A DNA stretch of 64,000 nucleotides from contig JAYWIR010000001.1 of the NCBI GenBank assembly GCA_036172245.1, positions 1,612,001-1,676,000 on the forward strand, written 5' to 3'. Every line of letters begins with the position of its first letter. Positions within the stretch are counted from its first letter, which is position 1. The position numbers and the translations under genes were made by a program. The notes under the pieces are model-generated. The model did no database searches. It saw only the letters and a program-made list of their open reading frames with translations, and was not told the DNA's origin. The DNA comes from Raillietiella orientalis. Its lineage: Eukaryota. Below, piece by piece: positions 12,924 through 24,040 of the stretch.

Positions 12924-13206
12924 CGAATGAGGTTTCACTTTAAGAGAGCATTCCCGTCACCAGATCCAGCATTCCCGTACTTTCACCGAATCACAATTCC
13001 AGGTTCCAGGGGCGCACAATTTCTTTTCGCATCGTTCCAGCAGGAAAGAAAGAAAAAAAAATTTTTTTTTTCTTCCTTTTTTTTTCCTCTTGTTTTGCCC
13101 ACTCCGCACAGAAAGAAAAGTCCGGTGGGTTCGATTTGCCGTTAATGCGGAAACTAGGAAGCTGTAATCCCAGCAGCTCGATCTAAGCTGGGCTTCTCTG
13201 GAAGAG
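12924..13206 (-). other. Candidate non-coding 5' UTR exon of the zelda-like gene
   Basis: Strong acceptor gatttttctttacag| (AG 13208-13207) and donor CG|GTAAGC (12924/12923) on the minus strand. The coding exon starts with an acceptor, so an upstream exon is required. Confidence 0.3.
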
Positions 13207-13670
13207 CTGTAAAGAAAAATCGATATTCAAATTGTATATAAAACACTTTCAATTTCGGATGACGTCACTCGCGTTCCACATGCACGCATTCTCCTCTCCC
13301 CCCCCCCCTTCCTTCCTTCTCTGAACGCGGGTTTCGGTGCGAAATAGGCAGAAAACACACGGGGACAGTGGAGGGGGAGGAGCACGAATTAAACAAGGGG
13401 GGGGGGAGGAAAGAAAAATTGAAAAAACTGCACGCACGCACGTATTTCGAGATGGAGGATCACCAAAAACTTTTCTCGGACCAAAAAAAAAAGGGAGGGG
13501 GAGGGTGGGAAAATCAAAAGGAAAACACGGACATGAACAACAACAACAACAACAAAAAATCACCACAACAGGGCCGGCCCACATTTTTCGAATCGGATCC
13601 GCGCTGTGGTTTTCCCGGGCGAGAGCACTTTGCGACCACACGACACACGCCGACGAGTGCGCAAAGATTG

Positions 13671-13730
13671 AGGAGGAGGAGGACGATGACGACGACGACG
13701 ACGACGACGACGACCACCACCACCACCACA
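13671..13730. repeat. Compound trinucleotide microsatellite (GAG)n(GAC)n(CAC)n
   Basis: Read directly from sequence. Confidence 0.85.
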
Positions 13731-15213
13731 GGGAAAAAAACGCACAAGCAAAAAAAAAAAAAAAAACTGGTGAACACTGAGGGGAAGCCGAAGGTTTTCG
13801 GTCGGGCAACCACGGCAGCTCGTTCCGACACCTCCTTTCGTGGCTTCTCGCTTTCCCTTCTTTCCTTCTTCTTCTTCTTCTTCTTCTTCTTCTCCTCCTC
13901 CTCCTCCTCCTCCTCCCTCTTGTTCTTCCTCCTTTTTTTTTTCCACGAGATTTTCGATCCCGTCCGTAGGGACACGCACGGAGCCTCTACAGATCGGATG
14001 CCTGCGAGAGGAGAAGCATTCCGCACGGCACGGGAGACGTCACACTCGGGGATTTTTTCCTGACATGCGCAGCAGCAGCACCCGCCGAAAAGCTCGGCGC
14101 TCGCGGACTAATAATAGCAGCCCGCGCGCGCGAATCGGTGCAGCCTTAAAGCACGGCGGAGCCTTGAAACCGATTCACTCGGGCAACGCGGACTGACACT
14201 GCGCTCGCTCGCAGCGGGCAGCGGCGTATAGCAGGGCCTCCGCGCTCATCAAGGTCACGCCGCCGCCGCCGCCACCGCCACCGCCACCGCCCGGCTCGCG
14301 GGGAGGCGGCGGCGGCGGCAGCAGCAGCAGCACCGCAGCAGCAGCAGCAGCAGCAGCAACACGCTGCGGCGGCATCTCTCGGAGCGTTTTTCCTTTCGTC
14401 AAGACCGGGAGCCCGTCGCTCCGGGAGATGGGGTTGCCGATCGGGTGACCTCATGCGGAGACCGAGCGCACTAGTAGGCGAGAGAGGGAGGAGAACTCCT
14501 CCTCCTCCTCCTCCGTCGCCGCCGCCGCCGCCGCCGCCGCCGCTCGCGCGAAATGGAGCAGCGGATGCGACGACGACCGAGCGGCGCGCGAGAGAGGCAC
14601 GCCGAAGGCTCCCCAGGGACGCTACGCCAGCAGCAGCAGCAGGAGGACGGTGCCTCACCACCACCCCCATGCCCGGCGAGCGAGCAAAACGCACGCGAAA
14701 TCATCTCGAGAAATTGTGTGCGGAGATTGCGATCTGGGCAAAAGAAACGACGCTTGCCGATAACGGGGGGAAGGGGGGGGGGGGGAGGAGAAGGAAACCT
14801 GCAAAACTCGCGTCCCTCCCTGCTTCCCTCCCTCTCTCTCTCCCCCTTTTTCGAAGCGCGAGACCTCTTTTGTTCTGCGCAGGCGCCCAGATCGCCGCTG
14901 CTGCCGTACGTCATCGCGACGCATGCGTTGCGACGGCGACGCTGCGAGCGAGCGCGCCGAGGCTTCCCCCATTTTTCCAGAACGCTCCACCAACCCTTCT
15001 TCCTCTTCTTCTTGAGCGCGTTCCACGATGGCCAGCCCGCGTCCGCCACGGGTGTGACCGTGCAGCGGCGGCTCCGACCCGTAGGGTGGCAGCGAGTGGG
15101 TTTCCATGAGCAAATACCGCACCTTCCCACTTCCCCATCCGAGGAATTCGCCTCCAAGGTCACCAGAAAGAGAGGGGTCACACGCAGCATTATTTTTCTC
15201 GAACCATTTCATC

Positions 15214-15215
<2 letters not shown>

Positions 15216-15254
<39 letters not shown>
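15216..15254. repeat. Poly(A) tract (~39 nt)
   Basis: Read directly from sequence. Confidence 0.9.
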
Positions 15255-15256
<2 letters not shown>

Positions 15257-16351
15257 GGTAAACATCATTTAATGAATAATGCTTAGGAATGCGCAGTATC
15301 TTGACAAGAAATTAGATGTGCTCCTCTCCACTCTTCAATTTCCCTTTTTCCCTCCCTCTCCTCCTCCTTTTTTTTCTTCCCCCTCCCCCCTCCCCCTTTT
15401 TTTTTCCTTTTCTCGTAACAAGAAAAAAACTCTAAAACATATTCATCGCTCACTTTTTTGAATAAAGTATTTGAAATGTAATTGGGGCAGGGTGAAGCAG
15501 TTTTGCATTTCCACCGTAATGTATCGTGACACTAATATTAATGTCTAATTAAGAAAGATGGGGAGTTTGCAAAGCAAAAGAATAAATAGAATTCATCGGT
15601 TCCGTTTTCCGCGGTTCCTATGGTAACGCGAAAACGCAACGAAAATAGCGCGATTTCGGAAAAACGCCGCTTCGAGAGCGTTTGATTGCACTTCAGGAGG
15701 AAATGGAAAGGAAAAAAAAAAAAAAAAGAAGACGAGAGAAAGAAAGAAAAGAGAGAAACACACAGAGAGAAAGGAAAGAAAAAAGGAACTCGGGACGGAA
15801 AATTCCCGAAAATGCGTGCAAAGTCGGGGATGCCACCTTGTTCGCCGCAGTGAGGGGAGCGCCGGAGCGGGGTAGATGGAAAATAAAAACATAAAAATGG
15901 GAGAGAGAGAGAGAGAGAAAGGCAGAAAGAGGGAGAGAAAGAGAAGAAGAAAAAAATACAAACACACACACACACACACACGATGCGAAGCAGGAAGAAG
16001 AAATTAGCAGTGCCCGTGCCTCTGCTCCTCGAAAGCGCACCACCACTCGCGCAGTGTTGCCCCCCGACTTCTTTTTTTTTTCCCCTCCTGTCGTGCGTGC
16101 CTGCGCAGCGAGAGCGCCTGGAAACTGTTAGGCCGGAGAGGAAACTGTTACGTCGGAAGCCGCGGCGGCTGCGTTAGCGGGCGCCCCGCGCGCGGAGATC
16201 TGGCGCTGCGGCCGAGCTCGCTACTCGGCAACCCCTCCTCCTCCTCCTCCTCCCCTTTCCCCCCACCGTTTAGCAACGCACGTTAGCGCGGCCCGTCGGG
16301 ACCGGCGACGGGGCGAGCAAACATTCAAAACCAACACACCCCCTCGTGGTA

Positions 16352-16630
16352 ATGACGACGACCCTGCGCCACCCTTTGGTAGTCGCGTGCCTCCTCGCGT
16401 GGGGCGTGCGATGGGCTCGCCCTCGGGGCATTCCTGAGGAGGAGGAGTCCAGGAAGGGCGCGTCCCAGGTCGCCTTGGCGTACAGTCGCGTGTCAGCGGC
16501 GGGCCCGCGACGGTCGCGAGGAGCGCTTTCCGGGCGCGCCCGCCAGCTGACCGCCCGGCCGCTCTCTCCGTCGCCGCCAAGCGGTCGACCTTTCCTCTCT
16601 GAGAAGGCCTTCCTGGACGTCCCGCTCTGA
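16352..16630 (+). CDS. Candidate 92-aa small ORF with signal-peptide-like N-terminus and basic cleavage sites
   Basis: MTTTLRHPLVVACLLAWGVRWARP followed by RK and RRSR sites. No homology recognised; it may be a chance ORF. Confidence 0.2.
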   Translation: MTTTLRHPLVVACLLAWGVRWARPRGIPEEEESRKGASQVALAYSRVSAAGPRRSRGALSGRARQLTARPLSPSPPSGRPFLSEKAFLDVPL

Positions 16631-19619
16631 CCTTCCTGCCGCCTCCCCGTTCCGACGGCAGGAAGCAGCCGTCGAGCCACCCTTCCGCCCCACGCACGCG
16701 CGTGTCCTCGGCGCAACTCGGCCCGCGGAGAGGGCGAGGATCGAGAGAGAGGAGCGGGGGAGGAAGAAGCAGGCGCCGAGCGGCGCCGCAGGCCGAGGAC
16801 GGTGACGGTGCGTCGCACGCTGCTTCAAAAGGGGAAGCGCCCTGATTCTCGATCACACCCCTTTCCCCTCCCTTTGTTGCCGAGCCACTCTGTGCCCGGT
16901 CTCCTGACGCGCTATTCCTCTTCCTCCTCGTATTCCTCCTCTTCTTTTCCTCCATCTCCTCCTTCGTTCCTGCCTCCCTTCCTCCTCCTATTCCCTTCCT
17001 CCCCCACCGATCCCAGCCTCGCCCTTTCACCCTCACTCACTCCCTTCCAGTGCTTCGTCGTCGCCCCTTGTCTGGTGTTTTCGGGGCGGCGTCCCCTCGC
17101 CTCGGCCTCGAAACCCTTTCGCTCTTCGAGCTGCTGGTCCTGCAACGTCTCAGCCTCTTGGATCTCCCTCCCTCCGGAGCGAAGATCTCTCGGTTTTCCT
17201 CAGCGCCGTGCTGATCGGCCTGCGCCCGAGAAGGACGCCTCTTTCCTCCCACAGGAGAGCCGTTCCGTCGCCCCGTGAGCTGTTCCCCTGAGCTCTCGCC
17301 GACTTGGCGAAGGGGTGCCACGAGGCTGCCACGGCGACCCGTAGCCTGATGCAGATTTTCCGGTCCGACCAGAGGGGAAGACTGAAGAGCTCCCCAGACA
17401 GGTCGCTGGCCCACCCCTGAGGCCCTGCCTCAGCCCACCTCTGCCCATGCCGCCGTTAGCACCTGCACCCTCCCTCCCTCCGCCGGTCCGCGCCTGCGCT
17501 CCGCTGCAGTCGCCGCAGACGCGGACACCCCTCGCCGTCCTTTCCATCCCCTCCCCTCCCTCCCCGTTCCGCCTCCTCGTCCGAAAGCGCGACCTCCGGC
17601 TGACGCACGACCTGCCGCCGCCCGTTGTCGAAGGCAGGCTGGAAGGAGACAGAGGTCATGGGACGAGGGGGAGGAAGAGGCGAAAGGTGCCGCCGACCCG
17701 CGCGGGAAGCGCTTCCTCAGCGCCCGTTCCGCCCGCTTCGCGGGCGCACCCCAACCAGGTGGGGAGTGGGCCGGAAGCAGCGGCGCGGACCCGTCGCTGC
17801 TTCTGCGGCAGCACAACCCGCACCCTACGAAAGGGCAGGCGGCTGTGCAGCTCGGAGTTCGTGAGGCAACGAGAGGACCTTCTCGTCTGATGTGAGCACG
17901 GGGCCCTGAAGAGGAAGGAGGAGAAGAAGAGGAGAAGGAGGAAGAGAAGAGAAGAGGAGGAGGAGGAGGAAAGGAGAAAGGGAGAGGAAAACGGAAGAGA
18001 AGGAGGTGAAGGCGGGAATGCAAGAGGAGGAAGGGAAAAGGAGGAAGGTCCTCAAGGCTCGTCTTTTCTCTTCCGAGTTCTTCCCGGAAACGCACCCGAA
18101 AGGCAGGAGCGTCGACTCGGGGAAATGGGAGGGCACTTCGTTGCAGGAAATCTGGCGGATCCATTCCCCCGTGCGCACTCGCCTGCCGCCGTCCAAGTCC
18201 AGGAGCCCCTTCCGGCACCTTCCGCGTGCACACCTTCCGGCGGTCTCCGACGGAGATGCGGGCTGGGGACCTCGAGCGCTCTTTCCCGCTGCCGGTTCGC
18301 GGTGCAGCTGCCGCTGGTCACGGAGGTTTGGCGGCAGCAGAGGGCGACGTTGCTAAGAGAGGAGAGGAGCGGACGCAGCTTCCCGACCGAGCGACCTCGG
18401 GAACCCGCCCGACGTCCTCCCAGCTCCGCGTCCAATCCAGAACGTCTGCCTAAGACATGCGCTCTTCCTGGATTCGGATGTAGCTTCCCGGAGATGGATA
18501 TCATCCTTGCGCATCACGAAATGGTCCATTTTACTCTGGATAAAAAGGGGCGCAGAGATTTTCTTTCGTTGCATCTGCAGATTGAAAGGGAAAATCTCTC
18601 TCCGGAGCCGCTGCAGGCTCTGAATCTCCCGATAAGGAGAGATCGGGTCTGGATGGGGCTGCAGCCGAGCTGTCGCTTTCAGCTGCAGTGGACCACACGT
18701 TTTTTCGACAGCATCCGGAAGGTTCCGCTTCCTCTCGCATTTCCGGGTTCATCCAGGTCCTTTCCTCTCCCTCCTGTGTGCATGGGGGTTTGGCTCTCCC
18801 TTACGGCGCCAGCCGCGCCCTCGTTGCCAACCTTTCCGCCCACACCGTCGTCTCCCGCGGTCGCGGCCTCTTCCTTAGAGGCGTTCCTCACGAGACGCTC
18901 CGAAGAACACGGGCGGTGAGGTGGCAACGAGCGAGCAATGCCCGAAAAGTCTCAGCTCGATCTCCTACAGGTGGATGCTGCCCAGGCTGCTCCCCCCCCC
19001 CCGACTCCAAGTGGAGAATTTCTGGCCGACGACAGCTGCGCTACTCGCGTGAAGGGGCCCACCTATTTGGATTGTATTTCGGGGTCAAGGGAACGAGAAG
19101 TCTGCAGAGGGAAAAATAAATTACCAAATGCTTAACGGCAGCCCCTGATTCCTCTCTTTCTCCTCAACCCTTCCTCCTCCTCCTCCTCTTCTTCCTCTTC
19201 CTCTTCCTCCTTTCTTCCTCCTTCTCTTCCTCTTTCCTGACTTCCTCCTTCCCCTATCCAGGTCTTCACTCTCCGCAGGGATATTTGAAGAGAGGTACTG
19301 AAGAGAAGCCAAATGGGGACATCTCGTTCCGGGGCTGGGTTCTTCTCATTCGGTGGTTTCTAGGAACAGCTCCATCCTCAGTTCGCACCTGGTGCTCTGC
19401 AGCTGTTCGATCACGGCTCGATTCCAGGAATCCTCCTGGAGAGCAGGTCTCAGCCTACCTGGCGGCATGCGTTGTGGAGCACTGCAACCGAACACCCAAA
19501 CTCCGGAATGAGCGTTTGAGGCTTTCCAGTGTTCCCTCCTCCTGGTTTCCTGGGGCCGCTATGCTGACAAGCTCCCGGGAAACTCCTGAAGAAGTAGTCA
19601 GGAGGACGACTGCCCCTTC

Positions 19620-19900
19620 CGAGTAGGTTAACACCAGCTACAGTGATGACGTTGCAAAGGACCGTTGGCAAGGCTTCGAGAGCCAAGGCAGAGCTGGACT
19701 CGACTCCGAAGCACCGTGCGGGTCAGCAGCAGACGAAGACTGCCTGCAGGCTGATGTCCCTGAGGAAGGCGAACAGGAGCCTCGGCCACTTGGGGAAGGA
19801 AGCAGCAGGTGACCGGGAGGCAGCGCGAGCCTGACTTTCCAAACCCGGTCCGAACCCGCCGTGACCCCTACGGCCCGCGTCACGCTTTCCTGGAAGACGA
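19620..19900 (-). mobile_element. Highly decayed non-LTR retrotransposon reverse-transcriptase relic
   Basis: Colinear motif remnants across frames: VGVTAGSDRVWK (~LDVxKAFDRVWH), FPKWPRLLFAFLRDISLQAV (~LLxWIxSFLxDRxxxV), FGVESSSALA..PTVLCNV (~GVPQGSVLxPxLFN). Confidence 0.35.
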
Positions 19901-20127
19901 GAGCGGGTGAGGCGAAGGGTGTGTCAGCCAGACGAGGTCGCTTGAGCCCGACCTCTGCCGCGTTTGATCTGGACTGTGGTGTATTGAAGAGAGGCCTTGC
20001 CATCTCTTCCTACCCAGTCCATGCAAAAGAACGGAACTACCGCGTTCCTGACGTTCCGAGGTCACGCTAGAAGCTTCGAGACTTCCGCAGGAAGATTTTG
20101 AAGAAAGTTTGTCAAGGCCCGGCCTCG

Positions 20128-20885
20128 AAAACCAGGACGAAAAGGAGCCGTTCCTGCTCGCGTTTTGCTGTTCCCGTGCGCCCTCCCGTTCTTCCTCCGG
20201 GATGCTAAGATCAGCTCATCCTCTTGGCTGCTGGTTCATTTCGCATCTTGATGCCGCGATGCTGGGTGGCGAGTGGGACCGTCGACTGGACGACCACGCG
20301 AGTCGGTTGAGTCGCGACCAACTCGACGCTTTCAAATCCCCCCTCCCCCTGGCCCGTGCCCCCTTTCGAGATGGGGCCCTGTCCGGGAGCATCCAGATCT
20401 TAGGATGCGCTTCCCGAACGTTCTGCAAGAGGTCTCGAAGGTCGTCCTGACTTTCCGAAAGGAACGCCGCGTTCTCTTCGGCTGGTTTCACGCGCTCAAC
20501 TCCGCTTCCCGGCAGGATCAGGCCTCCGGGAAGCATGCTCCACCCCTTTGCTCCAATCCTTGCCGACCCTCGCGCACGTTGGCTTCCTCCAGCACGCGTG
20601 TGTGATGTGAAGAAGACCCGGAAGAATAAGGGAAAGCAAAGAAACCATTGGTATCGCTCGCTCCGCTGTGCTCTTGTGCCGATGGACAGCACGCAGCCAC
20701 CTCAGCAAGAAAAAGAGACCACCCGAAAAAGGCACCTGGGAACTGCTTCCGCGGTTCCTCCGAGAAGGGGAAGCTCGCGTGACGACGCACGTGGATCTGC
20801 AGACAGTTGGCCGCTCAGAAGATTTGACGGAACATTCGCGACGATGCAGCACAGGAATACACCGTGCCGTCGGTGATCCTTGCTC
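20128..20885 (+). repeat. Copy A of a 758-bp inverted repeat pair (partner 29575..30332)
   Basis: Reverse-complement match with no indel (coordinate sum stays 50460). ORF translations are identical except for one D/N change (20396 vs 30064). Confidence 0.95.
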
Positions 20886-23800
20886 TGCTGTGCTCTTGTG
20901 CCGATGAACGACACTGTGCTGACAACACTCTAGATGGGCACATGCTGGCAAAATCTCAAATTTGGACCGTTGAAGATGGAAGCGCTGCCTCGATATGAGA
21001 AATTTTCCTCTGCACTCACGTCTTCCGTTTGAGCACCTTCGTTTCTGAGGCTTCGGTGGGGATCCTCAATTTGCGAGTGCGTCGAAACCTACACCCGGTG
21101 GTACAGAGAAGAGAACGAAAGGTGCAATGAGAGAGATGCAAGGATGGGGGCGACTGAAATGGGAGTCGGCCAGCAGCGTCTTCTTGGAAGGGATTCATAA
21201 GAGTTAAGTGCGAACAAGCGGGGCAAGGTCCCGAAATAACTCCGATTTTTTTCGGATGCGCAGCAGTAGACCAAGGTCTTCCTCTTCGCCGGTTCTCTTG
21301 CAGCGATGCGAAAGGAGCCTCGTGGAATGGCTCCACAGGCGAGGTTTTCTCGGAGCGTGGGAGAGAAGCCAGCCGAAGTCACCGCCTCATCTCCCCACTT
21401 TCGTCATCATATGGTGCGGCGGCTCCGAAGGGGACTTCAGCTGTCTCCTGGGTGCTCGGCGGCTGGATAAGAGAGTGTCAGGAGACGAGGTCTTCTCAGA
21501 AGAATCCCAGCAATCCCAGCAAGGCAAGCAGCGTCGGGTGACGCGTGAACCGCTCCCAGGAAGCGGAGGAGTCAGAGGCTGCATCCAAGCAAGGGAGGTC
21601 AGCAGACCGCGAGCTGACGGTACCTCTGACCTTCTCGAGCCTGCTGGCCGTGCGTCCGGGCCTCCACGTCTTCATCTGTCAGAGCAAGGGTTTGCCCCGA
21701 AGCGGAAACGTCGAGCAGAAGCAACGATTCAGGAAACCCTCTTTGCCCCTGGGCTGGCAGCACGGTCGGGTTCAGACCAGCTTAAGAGAAAGGGAGAAGG
21801 AGGAATGGAGGAAGGTCATTGCTTATGGACAGGCATTCGTTCCCAAGAGGGCTCACTCAGGCAAGTGTCCAAGGGGGTAGTGAACGAGCTCCACTTGGTG
21901 CGAAGAGGCCCAGAGGCGTGGAGGCGATCGCGGAGGCGTCCGCAACCTCTTCCTTGGTACACAGGAGGACAGAAAAGCGAAGAAGGAAAGGGAAAAATGA
22001 AGACGCAAAAAATGGGGAAAGAGAAGCAGACTCCCTCGGAGACGGTTTCGAATCCTTTTGTTCGTGGCTGAGAAGCGTCTCCCCATCCTCTCTGGATACC
22101 ATCTCCCGGCCAGGAATCGCCCCAGGTTTCCCATCAAATATTCACGGTGTTGCATTCCATTATCTTCGAACGGCATCGATTATTTATTGCAGACTTCTGG
22201 AAGCTCTCTCCGCCCACTCCCACAAGGACGTTTCCTTTGCTCCCCCAGAAGCTTTGTTGAGCTCATCTCCTCCGTTGACATGGCGAAGGACTCTTCCCGA
22301 TCTCTAAAAGCTGCTCCTTTATCCAACCTTCCTGAATTTTCCTGCCCGGCGTCCGTTCGCTTCCCTGATTTTTGCTCGGTTTGGTGGACACGAAGAATCG
22401 CCCCCCCCCCCTCCCCTCCCACGTGATTGGCCCTTGAAGTTCGTGGGTCCCTTACGCGTGCGATCCCGGTGAGACTCCCTTTCTCCGTTCGGAGGGATAA
22501 CACAAGAGAGAGATGAGAGAAAAAAAAAAAGAGGAGGAGGAGGAGAAGGCAATAAGAAAGCAAGAATGAAAAAAAGACAGAATGAAATTCCATTTGCGGG
22601 GACCACTTTAGGCGGAGGCTGGAAGCGGTGGAAGAAAATGCCTCCTCTTCTTCCCTTCTTCCTTCCCTTCTCCTTCTCCCTTCTTCTCTTTCCTTCCTCC
22701 TCCTGCGTTCCCGACTTCACCTCCTTATCCTCTTCTCTTCCCTTCTCCCACCTCTTCCTCATCATCCTCATCCTTTCCTCCTCCGTTCCTGCTCTTCCTC
22801 CATCCCCCCTGTTCCTTTTCCTCCTCCTCCTCCTCTCTTACTCCTTTGTTTGTCTTCCTCTTCCTGCTAAAGCTCGTTGCCCGCGGGGCCCATGGCTCCA
22901 AGGGCAGTGGGGTCGCAAGAGCAGCCTTCCATGAAGATCCACGGAAGCGCCTGGGGAACGCCGCTTGGAGACGGACTCTTGACCGGGTCAGGGTCTCGGC
23001 ACGTGTCCTCCAGGCAGGGCGCCCAGCTGAAGCGGCAGAGAGAAAGCGAGTTCTCCCCGGGGACCCGATTCCCGACAGCGCCCGTTCCGGGATGAGCCTC
23101 CGTCCACGGGCGGGAGTCAACGGGGGCAGAGAGTCCCCCTCCGCCGCTCCGCCTTCTCCCCCGCAGCGCTCCTTCGTAACTTCCCGGCGCCCTTTCCTTT
23201 CCTCTGTCCGCCCTCGCGAGGGCGCCGCCCCGGCGCGCCCGTCAGACCTGCCTGCCACCCGCGCGCATCGCCTCCGAGAGGGCCCCGCGCCGCTGGCGAC
23301 GCGCGGCGGAGGTCGACGCATGCATCGACTTCCGCCGCCGGGGTTTTCCTCCTCCCCGGGTACACGCTCAGGGAGACATCCTCCGCTCCCCTCCACTGAC
23401 CCCTCCCGAGTGCACGCCGCCTGCATCCTCTGGACACCCTTGTTACCCTTTGCCCAGCTGCCCCGGCCACCGTACCTCCGCTGGTTCACAAGCTGGTTCA
23501 AAGCCATTCCCGCGAGGTTGACGCGCGCCGCAGAGACGCATCCCTCTCGGGAGAGAAGCGACGCGCCCGCCAGACGCGCGTCGCGCCGGGAGCTGCTCCA
23601 GAGGCTGGAGCGCCTCCTTTTCGGGAAAGACGCGGAGATGGGCGGAGGAGGGGGAGCAGCTCACCTCCCTGGTCCGCGCGCGCGCGGCTTCTTGAAGCGG
23701 CGCCAAACTATAAATCGACTATCCGTCATCTCGTTTTATTTTCGTCGCCGCCGTCGCCACAGCAACGCTCGCAGCGCAGGGCCGGGTGCGTGCGGTGAGG

Positions 23801-23939
23801 CGGCTGCGCTCCATCGGCACACCTGGGTTTCGAGCCTGCCTCTTTTTCCTCCTCATCTTCCCTTCTCATCTTCCTTTCTTTCTCCTCCCTTCCCCCCTTC
23901 CACCTCCCTTCATTTTCCTCTTTTTTTCTTCTTCCTTCC

Positions 23940-24040
23940 CCTCATCTTCTCTCTTCCTTCTCTTCCTCTTCTTCTCTTTCTTCTCCTCATCTTCTCTCTT
24001 CCTTCTCTTCCTCTTCTTCTCTTTCTTCTCCTCATCTTCT
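23940..24040. repeat. 45-bp pyrimidine-rich tandem repeat (~2.2 copies) inside a CT tract
   Basis: The unit cctcatcttctctcttccttctcttcctcttcttctctttcttct is repeated. Confidence 0.8.

Noticed and set aside
14191-14232. TCAGTC initiator with TATA-like motif on the minus strand
   Set aside because: The TATA match is poor and mis-spaced (~-36) and there is no DPE, so a TSS cannot be supported.
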